Part shown: piece by piece, positions 16,743 to 26,622 of the stretch
Layout of the letters: each line of letters opens with the position of its first letter
Numbering within the stretch: position 1 is the first letter of the stretch
NCBI GenBank assembly: GCA_963824095.1
Contig: CAWGNS010000008.1
Coordinates: 1,231,200 to 1,295,199 of the forward strand
DNA: 64,000 bases
Reading direction: 5' to 3'
From: Terriglobia bacterium
GTDB lineage: Bacteria > Acidobacteriota > Terriglobia > Bryobacterales > UBA6623
Translations under genes and position numbers: made by a program
Notes under the pieces: generated by a model
What the model saw: only the letters and a program-made list of their open reading frames with translations
Databases searched by the model: none
Told to the model about the DNA's origin: nothing

Positions 16743-17750
16743 TTAGGCCTCCAGCATTCGTTCGAGATTCTTGAGATGCGACCGCTCGCCCAAGGCGATC
16801 AAAACATCGTCCGCTTCGATGGTCGTGTTGCCGTCGGGGTTGAACCGCGTGTGCCCGTCGGGCTTGATCACAGCCAGGACAATGACTCCGAAGTTGGGGC
16901 GGATGCGCGAGCGCTCAAGCGTGGTCGAAGCGGCCGGGCTTTCCTTCGAGACGCGGATCTGCTCGATTTCGAGGTCCAGGTCCGACCCGCGCACCGCCGA
17001 GGCGACATCGAGGAAGCTCATCACATGCGGCCGCAGCATCGACTGCGCCAGGCGATGGCCGATAAACGTGTAGGGCGTGAACACGGTGGTCGCCCCGGCG
17101 CGGCGTAGTTTTTCCTCCGCCTCTTCGTCGGTGGCCCGCGCGGCGATCAGCAGCTTCGGGTTGAGCACCCTCGCCGTCAGGATCACATAAACGTTCTGAG
17201 CATCGTTGCCGGTGACCGCCACCAGCCCCTTGGCGCGGTCGATCCGCGCGGTGCGCAGCGCGTCGTCGTGGCTGGCGTCGGCGACCAGCGTGGGGACCTT
17301 GAGGTCGACGCCCCATTGGGCTTTCTCGGCGTTGTTATCGACCAGCACCAGCGACGCGCCGCTGCGCAGCAGCTCGCGAACGACGCCCCGCCCGACGCGC
17401 CCGGCGCCGCACACGATGTAGTGATCCGTCAATTTCTCCAACATGCGAAGCCTTCGTCTGCGGCCGAAATAGTCGGCCAGTTCCAGACTCACCGCCACTT
17501 CCACCAGCAGCCCGATCGAGGTGAATACTACCAGTACGCCGGCCAAAATGAAGAACGAGTTAAACAGACGCCCGTCCGGCGTCAGGGGATGCACTTCCCG
17601 ATAGCCGACCGTCGTGAGCGTGGTCAGCGACATGTAGAAGCTGTCGGACCAGTTCCACCCCTCCACCCAATGAAAGCCCGACGTGCCGATGAGCAACACC
17701 GCGGCCAACAGCCCGAAGATCAAACCGAGGTGAAATAGGGGCCGCCGCAT
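16743..17750 (-). CDS. Two-TM potassium channel with TrkA-N/TrkA-C (RCK) domains
   Basis: TLTTVGY selectivity filter, IVCGAGRVG Rossmann motif, C-terminal TrkA-C. Confidence 0.9.
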   Translation of the reverse strand: MRRPLFHLGLIFGLLAAVLLIGTSGFHWVEGWNWSDSFYMSLTTLTTVGYREVHPLTPDGRLFNSFFILAGVLVVFTSIGLLVEVAVSLELADYFGRRRRLRMLEKLTDHYIVCGAGRVGRGVVRELLRSGASLVLVDNNAEKAQWGVDLKVPTLVADASHDDALRTARIDRAKGLVAVTGNDAQNVYVILTARVLNPKLLIAARATDEEAEEKLRRAGATTVFTPYTFIGHRLAQSMLRPHVMSFLDVASAVRGSDLDLEIEQIRVSKESPAASTTLERSRIRPNFGVIVLAVIKPDGHTRFNPDGNTTIEADDVLIALGERSHLKNLERMLEA

Positions 17751-19931
17751 CTAGCGCCGTCTCGCCACCAGCATCGTCATGTCGTCTTGCAAGGCGGACT
17801 GGCCTGTCCACTCGACCACTTCGCGCATGGCCCGCTCGATAATCTCCTCGACCGGCCGCGCGGCGTCGCGCAGCAACAGATCGAACAGGCGCTGCTCGCC
17901 GAATTCCTCGCCGTAAGGGTTCTCCGGCTCGGTGATGCCGTCGGTAAAGGCCACGAACAGGTCGCCGCTCTTCAACTCCACCATACTGGACTCGTAAGGC
18001 GATTGTGGAAAGGCCCCCACCACCATACCGCTGACGTCGAGCCTGCGGATCTCGCCGCCGCGAATCACCACCGGCGGCAGATGGCCGGCATTCGAGTAGC
18101 AGAGCACGCTTTCGCTCTCGTCGTAGGCGCCGAAAAACAGAGTCGAAAATTTCTCGGACGAGGTCCCCGTAAACAACTGCGCGTTGATGCGGCTGACCAT
18201 GTCGGCGGTCGAAAACCGCAAGTCGCCGGTTTCCTGGGCCAGCAGCGAAAGTTGCGTCCTCACGATCGAGTGTAGCGTTGCCATCACCAGCGCCGCCGAG
18301 ATGCCCTTCCCTGAAACGTCGCCAAACGACAGCGCCAGGCGGCAGCGAGCCAACTCGACGTAGTCGTAAAAATCGCCCGAGACGGTCCGCGCCGGCCGGC
18401 AGACGCCGAGCACATCGAGGCTTTGCAGGTTGGGCACGGCTTGCGGGAACAGTTGCGCCTGCACCTCGCGGGCGATTTCCAGCTCCGACTGCAGCCGCTC
18501 GCGCTCGCGGGAGTCGACGATCAGCCGCTCGATGGAGGCCGTCATGTTGTTGAACGAGCGGGCCAGCTCGGTGAGTTGATCCTCGCCACGCACCGGCACG
18601 CGATACGAAAAGTCGCCGCGATCGATGTGCAGCGTGCCGATGTAGAGGTCGTTGACCGAGCCCGTCAGGGTGCGCGTCACCGAAAGGGCGATGAAAAACG
18701 AGGCGACGATCGCCACCGCGAACATGCCGCCCAGCACATAGCCGATGGCTTTCGCCATCTGCGTGAGCCGCGGCGACTGGTTCGACATCATCAGCCGGGC
18801 GACCGCCGAAGGCCGCGTGCGGAGATAGAACGCCGTCTCGACATCGGTTTTTCCGCTTGCCCAATCGAGCACCGGGACCTGAGCCGGCCAGGCTACCATG
18901 CGGTCGAATGGATGCACCGGGGGCGGTACGTGCCGCTGCAGCTTTTCCTGCTCTTCCCAGGGATTGGGAGGCGACCTGGGATTCGCGGATGGCGTCACAC
19001 CGGTGGACGATGGCGGCTGCCTGGTACCCGTTCCAGGAGGGGACGCGGGTGAAGTCCCAGCCGCGGGCGAGGCGCCGGCTGTGGCCGACGATGTCGAGGG
19101 TACAGACGTTGTGGGCGACGTTGACGACGACATTGTCGACCGGGTGCCGGGCGCTTTCGCGGGAGGCCTTCCGAAAGAGGTCGTTCGCGGCGCCAGCCCC
19201 GGGATGTCGATATCGGGGCGCAGCTCGACGATGCCGAAGCCGGGAACGAGCTCCGCCAGATAATCGTCCGTCAAGGGAATCATCAACAGGATGGCTCCCG
19301 CGTCCGGCGCATATTGGGCGTGGGCGGCCACAAACAGTTGGCCATTGCGGCGGACCACCCCGCGATAGTGCACGATGTCGGCGGGCGGCTCGTCCATCGG
19401 AAAACCGGGAGGGAAGCCCGCCGGCCCCCGCGGCGTATCGAAGCGAGCCAGGATGCCGGGGAAGCGAACCAACGAATCTTGGAGGAAACGCTGCGCGATC
19501 GCGCGGCGCTCGGCCGGCTCGGCCGCCCGCAACTCCCATCCCAGCGACGCCGCGGTCGCATAAAGCTCCGCCGAGCGCTGATCGAGGCGGGAAGTCACCA
19601 CGTAAGCCGCGATGGGGCCAAACAGCAGCACCAGCCCGAAACCGGCCAGCGCCACCGCCAGCGTCAGGGGAATGACGCCGACGAACAGGTAGACCACGAT
19701 CATGCGGTGCCGCACACGCCACAGAAAACGGCGCACCAGGGCCCGCATGATGCCGACCACGATGCGGATCACCACCACCGTGCCGGTGAAATACACCGCG
19801 ATCTGCAGCACGATGCGGGCCGCCAGCACGGCGGACGAGTAGGGTTCCAGCGGCCACAGCGCGAGGTAGAGCGCCATCAGCAGCAGCAGCGCTTTCTCCC
19901 AGCGGCGCAATTTCTGCCAGAACTCTCGCAT
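17751..19931 (-). CDS. Membrane PP2C/SpoIIE (RsbU-like) phosphatase with HAMP domain
   Basis: TM helices, HAMP (DQLTELARSFNNM), VSGDFYD, GDVSGKG, NAGHLPP, TDGITE, DDMT. Confidence 0.9.
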   Translation of the reverse strand: MREFWQKLRRWEKALLLLMALYLALWPLEPYSSAVLAARIVLQIAVYFTGTVVVIRIVVGIMRALVRRFLWRVRHRMIVVYLFVGVIPLTLAVALAGFGLVLLFGPIAAYVVTSRLDQRSAELYATAASLGWELRAAEPAERRAIAQRFLQDSLVRFPGILARFDTPRGPAGFPPGFPMDEPPADIVHYRGVVRRNGQLFVAAHAQYAPDAGAILLMIPLTDDYLAELVPGFGIVELRPDIDIPGLAPRTTSFGRPPAKAPGTRSTMSSSTSPTTSVPSTSSATAGASPAAGTSPASPPGTGTRQPPSSTGVTPSANPRSPPNPWEEQEKLQRHVPPPVHPFDRMVAWPAQVPVLDWASGKTDVETAFYLRTRPSAVARLMMSNQSPRLTQMAKAIGYVLGGMFAVAIVASFFIALSVTRTLTGSVNDLYIGTLHIDRGDFSYRVPVRGEDQLTELARSFNNMTASIERLIVDSRERERLQSELEIAREVQAQLFPQAVPNLQSLDVLGVCRPARTVSGDFYDYVELARCRLALSFGDVSGKGISAALVMATLHSIVRTQLSLLAQETGDLRFSTADMVSRINAQLFTGTSSEKFSTLFFGAYDESESVLCYSNAGHLPPVVIRGGEIRRLDVSGMVVGAFPQSPYESSMVELKSGDLFVAFTDGITEPENPYGEEFGEQRLFDLLLRDAARPVEEIIERAMREVVEWTGQSALQDDMTMLVARRR

Positions 19932-19972
19932 AAGGAAGGGTCGTCAGCCCTCAGAACCAGGACCGCTTAAGA

Positions 19973-20116
19973 GTGGCGCGGGCCTTCGGCCGGCGGCGTC
20001 GACCTCGGGTCAACGTTCTTTTCCGAAGCGGTTAGACCTCACACGGCAGCCTGCTTGCCGAGGGCACGGGGAACGCCGGTCACAGACCGGCGCCGCCGGC
20101 CGGAGGCCCGCGCCAC
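19973..20116. repeat. REPIN-like inverted doublet, GTGG family
   Basis: GTGGCGCGGGCCTTCGGCCGGCGGCG ... CGCCGCCGGCCGGAGGCCCGCGCCAC: 26-bp terminal inverted repeat with one mismatch. Confidence 0.8.
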
Positions 20117-20161
20117 ATCCGAGCCCGCGCCACAGGCAGCTAACGTCGCGCGCCAGCTTCA

Positions 20162-21217
20162 TCACACGTCGCGCGCCAGCTTCACCGCTGCGCGCGACTC
20201 GCTGCTGGCGTACACCGCGTGTGCGATTTCGACCGCCCGCAGGCCGGCCACCCCGTCCGCGATGGAGCCGGGCTTACCCTCCAGCAGCCCCAGAAAATCG
20301 CGCAATTCCTGCTCGAAGGTAAGACGGACGGTGGACTGCCAACCGCGCAGTTTTTCTCGCACCGCGATCCAGGGAAACAGCTTGCGTTCGCGCCGCGCGA
20401 CGCCGCCGGGCCGGTCGAGCCGCACCGCCGCCGCCATCATCGGGCCGTAGGAGGCGCGCGCCATGCCGCGGTCGCCGAACGCTTCGATCCAGAAATGGTA
20501 GCCGCGCCATTCGCTCCAACTCGAGTGCAGCGTGGCGACGGCCCCGTTCCGCCCGCGCAGCAGCGCGAAGCCGTTGTCTTCGGAGCCGTTCAGGTTCCAG
20601 ACCGCCGACGAGGCAACGCCGAAAACTTCCTCGATCTCGCCCACCAGATGGCAAACATGATCGATCAGATGGATGCCGTTGTCCATCAAGGTCCCGCCGC
20701 CGATCACCTGGCTGTCGTGCTCCCAGGGTTGCCGGAATTCGTTCAGCCCGGAGTGGCCGGCATAGGCTTTCACGTGACGCAAAGTCCCCAGATCGCCGCT
20801 CTCCAAGGTTTGCTTGACGAATTGGATGGCCGGGAAATAGCGCTGGTTGAAGCCGGTAGCGAGCGTCAGGCTCCGTTCGTGGGCCGCTTCGACAATCCGG
20901 CGGCAAGCGGCGATGCCGGGCGCCAGAGGCTTCTCGCAAAGCACATGCTTGCCGGCCTCGAGCGCGGCCACGGCGATCGTCTCGTGATATTGCGGCGGTG
21001 TCGAAACGATCACGGCGTCCAGGGAACCCTCCGCAAGCATCTGCCGGTAGTCCGCGAACACACGCGCGCCGCTGGCGCTCGCGACGGCCTGGGCGCGCGC
21101 GGCGTCGGGGTCGGCGAGTGCCGCCAGCCGGCAGCCGGCGACGTTGCGCAGCGCCGCCGCCCGCAGCCGCCCGATCTCTCCCGCGCCCACCAGGCCAAAT
21201 CGTACTCCCTGTCGCAT
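20162..21217 (-). CDS. Gfo/Idh/MocA oxidoreductase
   Basis: GLVGAGEIG, HVLCEKP, GGGTLMDNGIH. Confidence 0.9.
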   Translation of the reverse strand: MRQGVRFGLVGAGEIGRLRAAALRNVAGCRLAALADPDAARAQAVASASGARVFADYRQMLAEGSLDAVIVSTPPQYHETIAVAALEAGKHVLCEKPLAPGIAACRRIVEAAHERSLTLATGFNQRYFPAIQFVKQTLESGDLGTLRHVKAYAGHSGLNEFRQPWEHDSQVIGGGTLMDNGIHLIDHVCHLVGEIEEVFGVASSAVWNLNGSEDNGFALLRGRNGAVATLHSSWSEWRGYHFWIEAFGDRGMARASYGPMMAAAVRLDRPGGVARRERKLFPWIAVREKLRGWQSTVRLTFEQELRDFLGLLEGKPGSIADGVAGLRAVEIAHAVYASSESRAAVKLARDV

Positions 21218-21681
21218 GCATTCCGGCTCGCGCCGACCTCCGCACCGCCAGTGTAATACACCCCTAAGTTATTGATCGTCGGCGGCATCGCGGCACGTGA
21301 CGGTGCGCTCCGCGGCAACAGAGAAGGTCGGGCGGCAGGCGCAGCGGGGCAAGCGCCGCGGCCCAGCGAAGCAAAAGGTTTACCGATACGCCATCCAGCG
21401 AGTGATGGCGGCCCCGTAACGTGGCACGGCAACAGTCTGTCTACGGGTCGGCACGGCGAAACGTTTCCAGCGGCCCATGCCGGGTCTGTCTGACGTGACC
21501 TTCGCTCTTGGTCGCCCGTGCTCTGATGGGAGCTGTGGTCTGGTAGGGCAATCGCCGTGGCCCGGGCCTGCCGCCCAGCCGCGTCGAAATCGGTGTCGAC
21601 GTCTTCCAGACACCGCGGCCACCGCTCGCGGCGCATCGACGGCCGGGGGCACGTTTGCCCCTCACCGGCGAGGCTGCGAGA

Positions 21682-22590
21682 ATGAAAAACAGATCGATGT
21701 CCACACTGCCGCCATTGCAAAAAGCGGATCGTCCCGATGACGAGAGGCCGCGGCGAACCGGCTCCTGGGTCGTCGCTGTTGTCGGCCTCGTCGCGCTGTT
21801 CATCGTGGGCGGCGCGCTCTGGTACCTGTGGGAGCGTAGCTCGACGCTCGAGCACCAACTCGCCGACGCCCAACTGCGCGCCGATTCGCTCGACCGGCAG
21901 GTGGAAAAAAGCCGCAGCGACGCCGAGCAACTGCGCGCGCAGACCGAGTCGGCGCAGGCCGCCGCCGACGCCGCGCAGACCGACGCCGAGCGCGAAGCCA
22001 GCGCCCGGCAGCAGGCCGAGCTGGAACGCGAGTTCGCCAGGGAGAAAGCCGACCGCGCGCAGCTCGACTCCGAGCGGGCCGAAGCCGAGGCGACGAAGAG
22101 CCGCCAGGAGGCAGATGAGTTGCGTAAGGCGCGCGAACGCGAGCTCGACCGCATGAAGGAAGCGCTCAGCCACATCGCCGAAACCAGCCGCACGCCGCTC
22201 GGCATGGTCGTCAGCCTCGGCGAAGACCGTTTCCTGTTCGATTTTGACAAGGCCGATCTCAAACCGGAAAATCGCGAGCTGCTCAGCCGCATCGCCGGCG
22301 TGCTGCTCGCCTCGCACGGCTACCGGCTCTACGTCTACGGCCACACCGACGACGTCGGCACCGCGGATTACAACCAGGACCTTTCCGAGCGCCGCGCGAA
22401 AGCGGTGAGGGACTATCTGGTGAAAGCGGGGATCCCCGAGGACATCATCGATTCGAAGGGTTTTGGGAAAACCAGCCCCCGCGTGGCGGCCAAGACGAGC
22501 GACGCCCGCAAAAAGAACCGCCGCGTCGAGATCGGCGTGGTCGACACGATCATCAACTACAGCAAGGTCGTTTCGGAAAGCAACCCCTAG
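21682..22590 (+). CDS. Membrane-anchored coiled-coil protein with OmpA-like peptidoglycan-binding domain
   Basis: One TM helix, Ala/Glu/Arg coiled coil, FDFDKADL, GHTDDVG..YNQDLSERRA, NRRVEI; start may be 21697. Confidence 0.88.
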   Translation: MKNRSMSTLPPLQKADRPDDERPRRTGSWVVAVVGLVALFIVGGALWYLWERSSTLEHQLADAQLRADSLDRQVEKSRSDAEQLRAQTESAQAAADAAQTDAEREASARQQAELEREFAREKADRAQLDSERAEAEATKSRQEADELRKARERELDRMKEALSHIAETSRTPLGMVVSLGEDRFLFDFDKADLKPENRELLSRIAGVLLASHGYRLYVYGHTDDVGTADYNQDLSERRAKAVRDYLVKAGIPEDIIDSKGFGKTSPRVAAKTSDARKKNRRVEIGVVDTIINYSKVVSESNP

Positions 22591-22593
22591 CGG

Positions 22594-25500
22594 CTAGCCG
22601 TCACGCCCCAATACGACGGTCACGTCCTCGCCATCGACGTTCATCGCCCAGCGCCCGGCGCCTTCCCAGGCCGCGCCGTTCATGCTCAGCTCGCGGCACA
22701 GCGTCTCGCCCTTGAAGTGCTCCTGCTTTGTCGCTGAGAATCCGTTTGAGGCGGTCCGAGCCGGCGATGCTGAGACGGATTCGCTCGGTGTAGTCGACAT
22801 TGAGTTCCTTGCGCAGATTCTGAACGCGGTGCAGCAGCTCGCGGTAGAAGCCTTCGTCGCGCAGCCCGTCGTCGAGAGTGGTGTCGAGCACGACCACGGT
22901 CGTGCGGTCGCCCGCGGCGGCGAAGGAGCCGGTGGCCTCGATCAATACCTCGACGTCGTCGGGCTCGAGCGCCAGCGTTGCGCCGTCGACTTCGATTTCG
23001 CCCTTGCCGCTCGACAGCAGTTGCGCCCGCAGCGCCGCGGCGTCCACGGCCTCGAAGGCCTTTTTGGCCAGCGGCATCTTCTTTCCGAGACGAGGGCCCA
23101 GCCGGCGGTAGTTGGGGCGCACCACATAGCGAACGTGCGCCTGGCCGCCGTGTACGAACTCCACCTGGTGCACGTTGAGCTCTTCGGCGATCAGGTGAGC
23201 GTACGCCGCCAGCTTCGCCTGCAGATCGTCGCCGGGCAGCACCACCTCGGCGCGCGCCAGCGGCTGCCGCACCTTGAGGTTGTGGTCGGTACGCACCCGC
23301 AAGCCGAGCGAAACGATGTTGCGCACCGCGGCCATCTCTTCCGAGAGCGCGCGGTCGATGCGGGCTTCCCGCGGCTCGGGCAAATCGCAGAGATGGACGC
23401 TTTCCGGGGCCGCGTCGCCCAGCGGCCGCCGCACGATGTTCTGATAAATCTCCTCGGTGAGGAACGGCACGAACGGCGCCGCCAGCCGGATCACCGTCGA
23501 CAAACACTCGTAGAGCGTGGCGTAGGCGTCGCGCTTGTCGTCGTCGAACTCGCCCTTCCAATAGCGCCCGCGGCTGCGGCGTAGATACCAGTTGGAGAGC
23601 CCGTCCACGAACTCGGTCAACTCCGAGGCGGCCTCGTAGGCGTGATAGTCGTCCATGAACGCGGTGACGCGTCCGCTGATCAGCGCCAGCTCCGAGAGAA
23701 TCCAGCGGTCGAGCAGCACGCGCTCGGCCACCGGCCGGCCCGGCATCGTCACCGGGTCGAAGCCGTCGATGTTGGCGTAGATCGTGAAGAACGAATAGAC
23801 GTTGCGCAGCTTGAGCGGAAACTCCTTCTGCATCGAGCGCACGTTGCCCAGCGAGTGGCGCGTCGGCGACCAGGGCGGGTTGCCGGCGAGGAAAAACCAG
23901 CGGAAGGCGTCGGCGCCGGGGGCCGAGCCGGCCGTGCTCTCGACCGTGATGCGCTCCTGCTCGGGCAGGCGCGGCACGTCGTTCGGCAGAATCTTGACGC
24001 CCTTGGGGGTGGGGCCGACTTCGAGCCGGGCACGGTCGGCGGCCGAAACCACCGCGACGCGCCGCGGCAGGCGCTTGCCCTGTTGGGCGGTGAAGTTGAA
24101 CACCGGGTCCGCGACGGTCGGGCCGGAAGACCTTCAACGACTGCGCCGGGCAACAGGTCCAGAGCTTCGAGATCCTCGCGCGCCAACCATAGCTCGCCGT
24201 CGCTCGCCTCGAGTCCTGCCTCTTCCGGAGTCACCACCGCAAAGTCGGCGGCCACGCGGTCGAAGATCACGTCCGGGGCGGTGTAGTTGCCCTTCGACTT
24301 CGATTCCTTCTTGCCCGTCGGGTCGCAGACATGGCCCAGCACGATGCAAGTCCGGAACGGGTGTGGGTAGTCGCGGTGCTCCAGCCGCAAGCGCTGCTGC
24401 GTTTCGGCGTCGAACAGCAAGGTCGAGATCATCAGTTGCGAGTAGAACCAGCCGCGCGTCTGGTCGATGGCCTCGGTGATGAAGTCCGCGGGAAACGCCC
24501 CTTCAAATCGCTCGCGGTCGCCGTGCGGGTAGCCCCACTGCGCAAACGGCATGCAGCCCGAGTCGAACCAGGCGTCGATGACTTCGGGAACGCGCCGGTA
24601 GGTGCCTTCCTCGCCGGGCTCTTTCCAGGTCACCTGGTCGATCCAGGGCTTATGCACCATGAGGTGTTCGGAAAGGCTGGGGTCCTTCTCGCGGTCGCGG
24701 TGGAAGGGCTCGAAGGCCGCGGGGTTCTTGGCGAGAATCTCGGCCACCGAGGCCGGCGCCTGCCTGCGGCCGGTCACGTCGTTGATCCAGATGTTGAGCG
24801 GCGTGCCCCAGAAACGTTCGCGCGAGAGCGCCCAGTCGACGTTGTTGGCCAGAAAATCGCCGAACCGGCCGGTGCCGATGTGCTCGGGCAGCCAGTTGAT
24901 TTTTTCGTTGTTGCGCATCGCCTCCTGGATCTTCGCGGTGGTGCGAATGAACCAGGCCGGGCGGGCGTATTGAATCAGCGGATCCTCGTCGGCGCGCCAG
25001 CAGAAGGGGTAGTCGTGACGGTAGTTCTCGCGGTAGACCAGCGCGCCGCTCTGCTTGAGCATGTGGATGATCTGGCGGTCGGCGTCTTTCACCCACTGGC
25101 CCTCCAGATCGGGCGTTTCGGAGGTGAACTTGCCGTCGGGCGCCACCGGGCGCAGCAGCGGCACTTCCGTGGGGTCCTTGTATACCGCCGTGGTCTTGCG
25201 GAACAGCTCGTAGTCCACCTCGCCGAAGGCCGGCGCCTCATGGACCAGCCCGGTGCCCTGCTCGAGTTCGACGAAATCCGCCGCCAGCACCTTCCACAGG
25301 ATGTAGTCCCGGCCGCCGGCGGCCAGTTCCGCCTGCCGGTCGCCATACTCGCCGTAGAAATAGTCGAACGGCGGGCGATAGCGGCGCCCCAACAGCGCCT
25401 CGCCTTTCATTTCCCGCTCAACAGGCAGTTCCTGACCGATTTTGGCGGCGATCTGCTCGCGCAGCGCCGCGGCGACGATCAGGCTGCGGCCGTTTTCGCG

Positions 25501-26253
25501 CACTTGCACATAGTCGAAATCGGGCCGCACGGCGACATACTGGTTGGAGGGCAGCGTCCAGGGCGTGGTGGTCCAGATCAGCAGCGCCGTCGAAGGGTCG
25601 TCCAGCAGCGGTAAGGCCACGTAGACCGAAGGATCCTCGACGCTCTTGTAGCCCAGCCCGACTTCGGCCGAGGAAAGCGCCGTGCCGCCTTGCGGCCACC
25701 ACCACACGATCTTGTGGCCTTGATAGAGCAGGTCTTTGCGGAAAAGCTCCGACAGCGCCCACCAGACGCTTTCCACGTAGTCGCGGTGGTAGGTGACATA
25801 GGCGTCGGAAAGATCGACCCAGAAGCCGACCCGGTCGGTCATGCGCTCCCACTGCTCGGTATAGCGGAAAACCGACTCCATGCAGCGGCGGATGAACTTT
25901 TCGAGCCCGTATTCCTGAATGGCGGCCTTGCCGTGGATGCCGAGCTCTTTTTCGACCTCGACCTCGACGGGCAGCCCGTGGGTGTCCCAACCGGCCTTGC
26001 GGGGCACGAAATAGCCGCGCATGGTGCGATAGCGCAGAAAAACGTCTTTGAACACGCGGGTCAGCACGTGGCCGTTGTGGGGCAGGCCGTTGGCGGTGGG
26101 CGGGCCCTCGTTGAAGACGAATTTCGGCCGGCCTTGGCGCGCCTCCATGCTTTTTTCGAAGATGCGGTGCTGCTTCCAGAAACTCTGGATGGCGTCTTCG
26201 GCCGCTGGAAAGTCAACAATCGGCTGGGCTTGCAGGAATTTCGGCTGGGGCAT
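22594..26253 (-). CDS. ileS: Isoleucine--tRNA ligase, type 2, with apparent frameshifts at ~24110-24145 and ~22728
   Basis: GPPTANGLPHNGH, GWDTHGLPVE, WTTTPWTLP, DWALSRERFWGTP, EAIDQTRGWF, KESKS, LSNWYLRRSR; type-2 C-terminus RELLHRVQNLRKE; spread over ORFs 23749-26253, 22601-24103 and 22594-22800. Confidence 0.93.
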
Positions 26254-26622
26254 GAGGCGATACCAGAAAGAATTAGTGTAGCCGGTCCCTCAGGGCAGAG
26301 GCATCCGGCCGGTCCCCTGAGGGCCGCCCGGCCGGCGCGCCGCCAGGCGCCTGGCCGCGGCCGAAGCGAGGGCCGAATCGGGCGGCGCCCCTGGAGAGGC
26401 CGCCGGCCCACCGGCTTGCGTTGGGGCGGCCCAAATCCGGGCCGGGCGAGGCCCGGGCGCCGCGGCGGGTCCCGTGGTCCCGACAATATTCACAGGCAAC
26501 CGTATTGAAACAAATGCGATTGTTGCCGATTATAGAGTTTGACGCCACGTCGCCCGGCGAGCCCCCCGGATCGGCCCCTCCAGCCCGCGCCGCCCACGAC
26601 AAAGCCACTGAGGAGATAAGGC

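Noticed and set aside
21218..21681. Long intergenic region with small ORFs, an IHF-like site (TAAGTTATTGATC) and a TGGCAC
   Set aside because: ORFs have no coding signal, the IHF match is imperfect, and TGGCAC lacks the -12 TTGC of a sigma-54 promoter.
24100..24150. Programmed ribosomal frameshift or intein in ileS
   Set aside because: No slippery heptamer; no Cys/Ser start or His-Asn end; similar indels elsewhere suggest sequence error.
26254..26622. T-box riboswitch upstream of ileS
   Set aside because: No T-box consensus or terminator on the minus strand.
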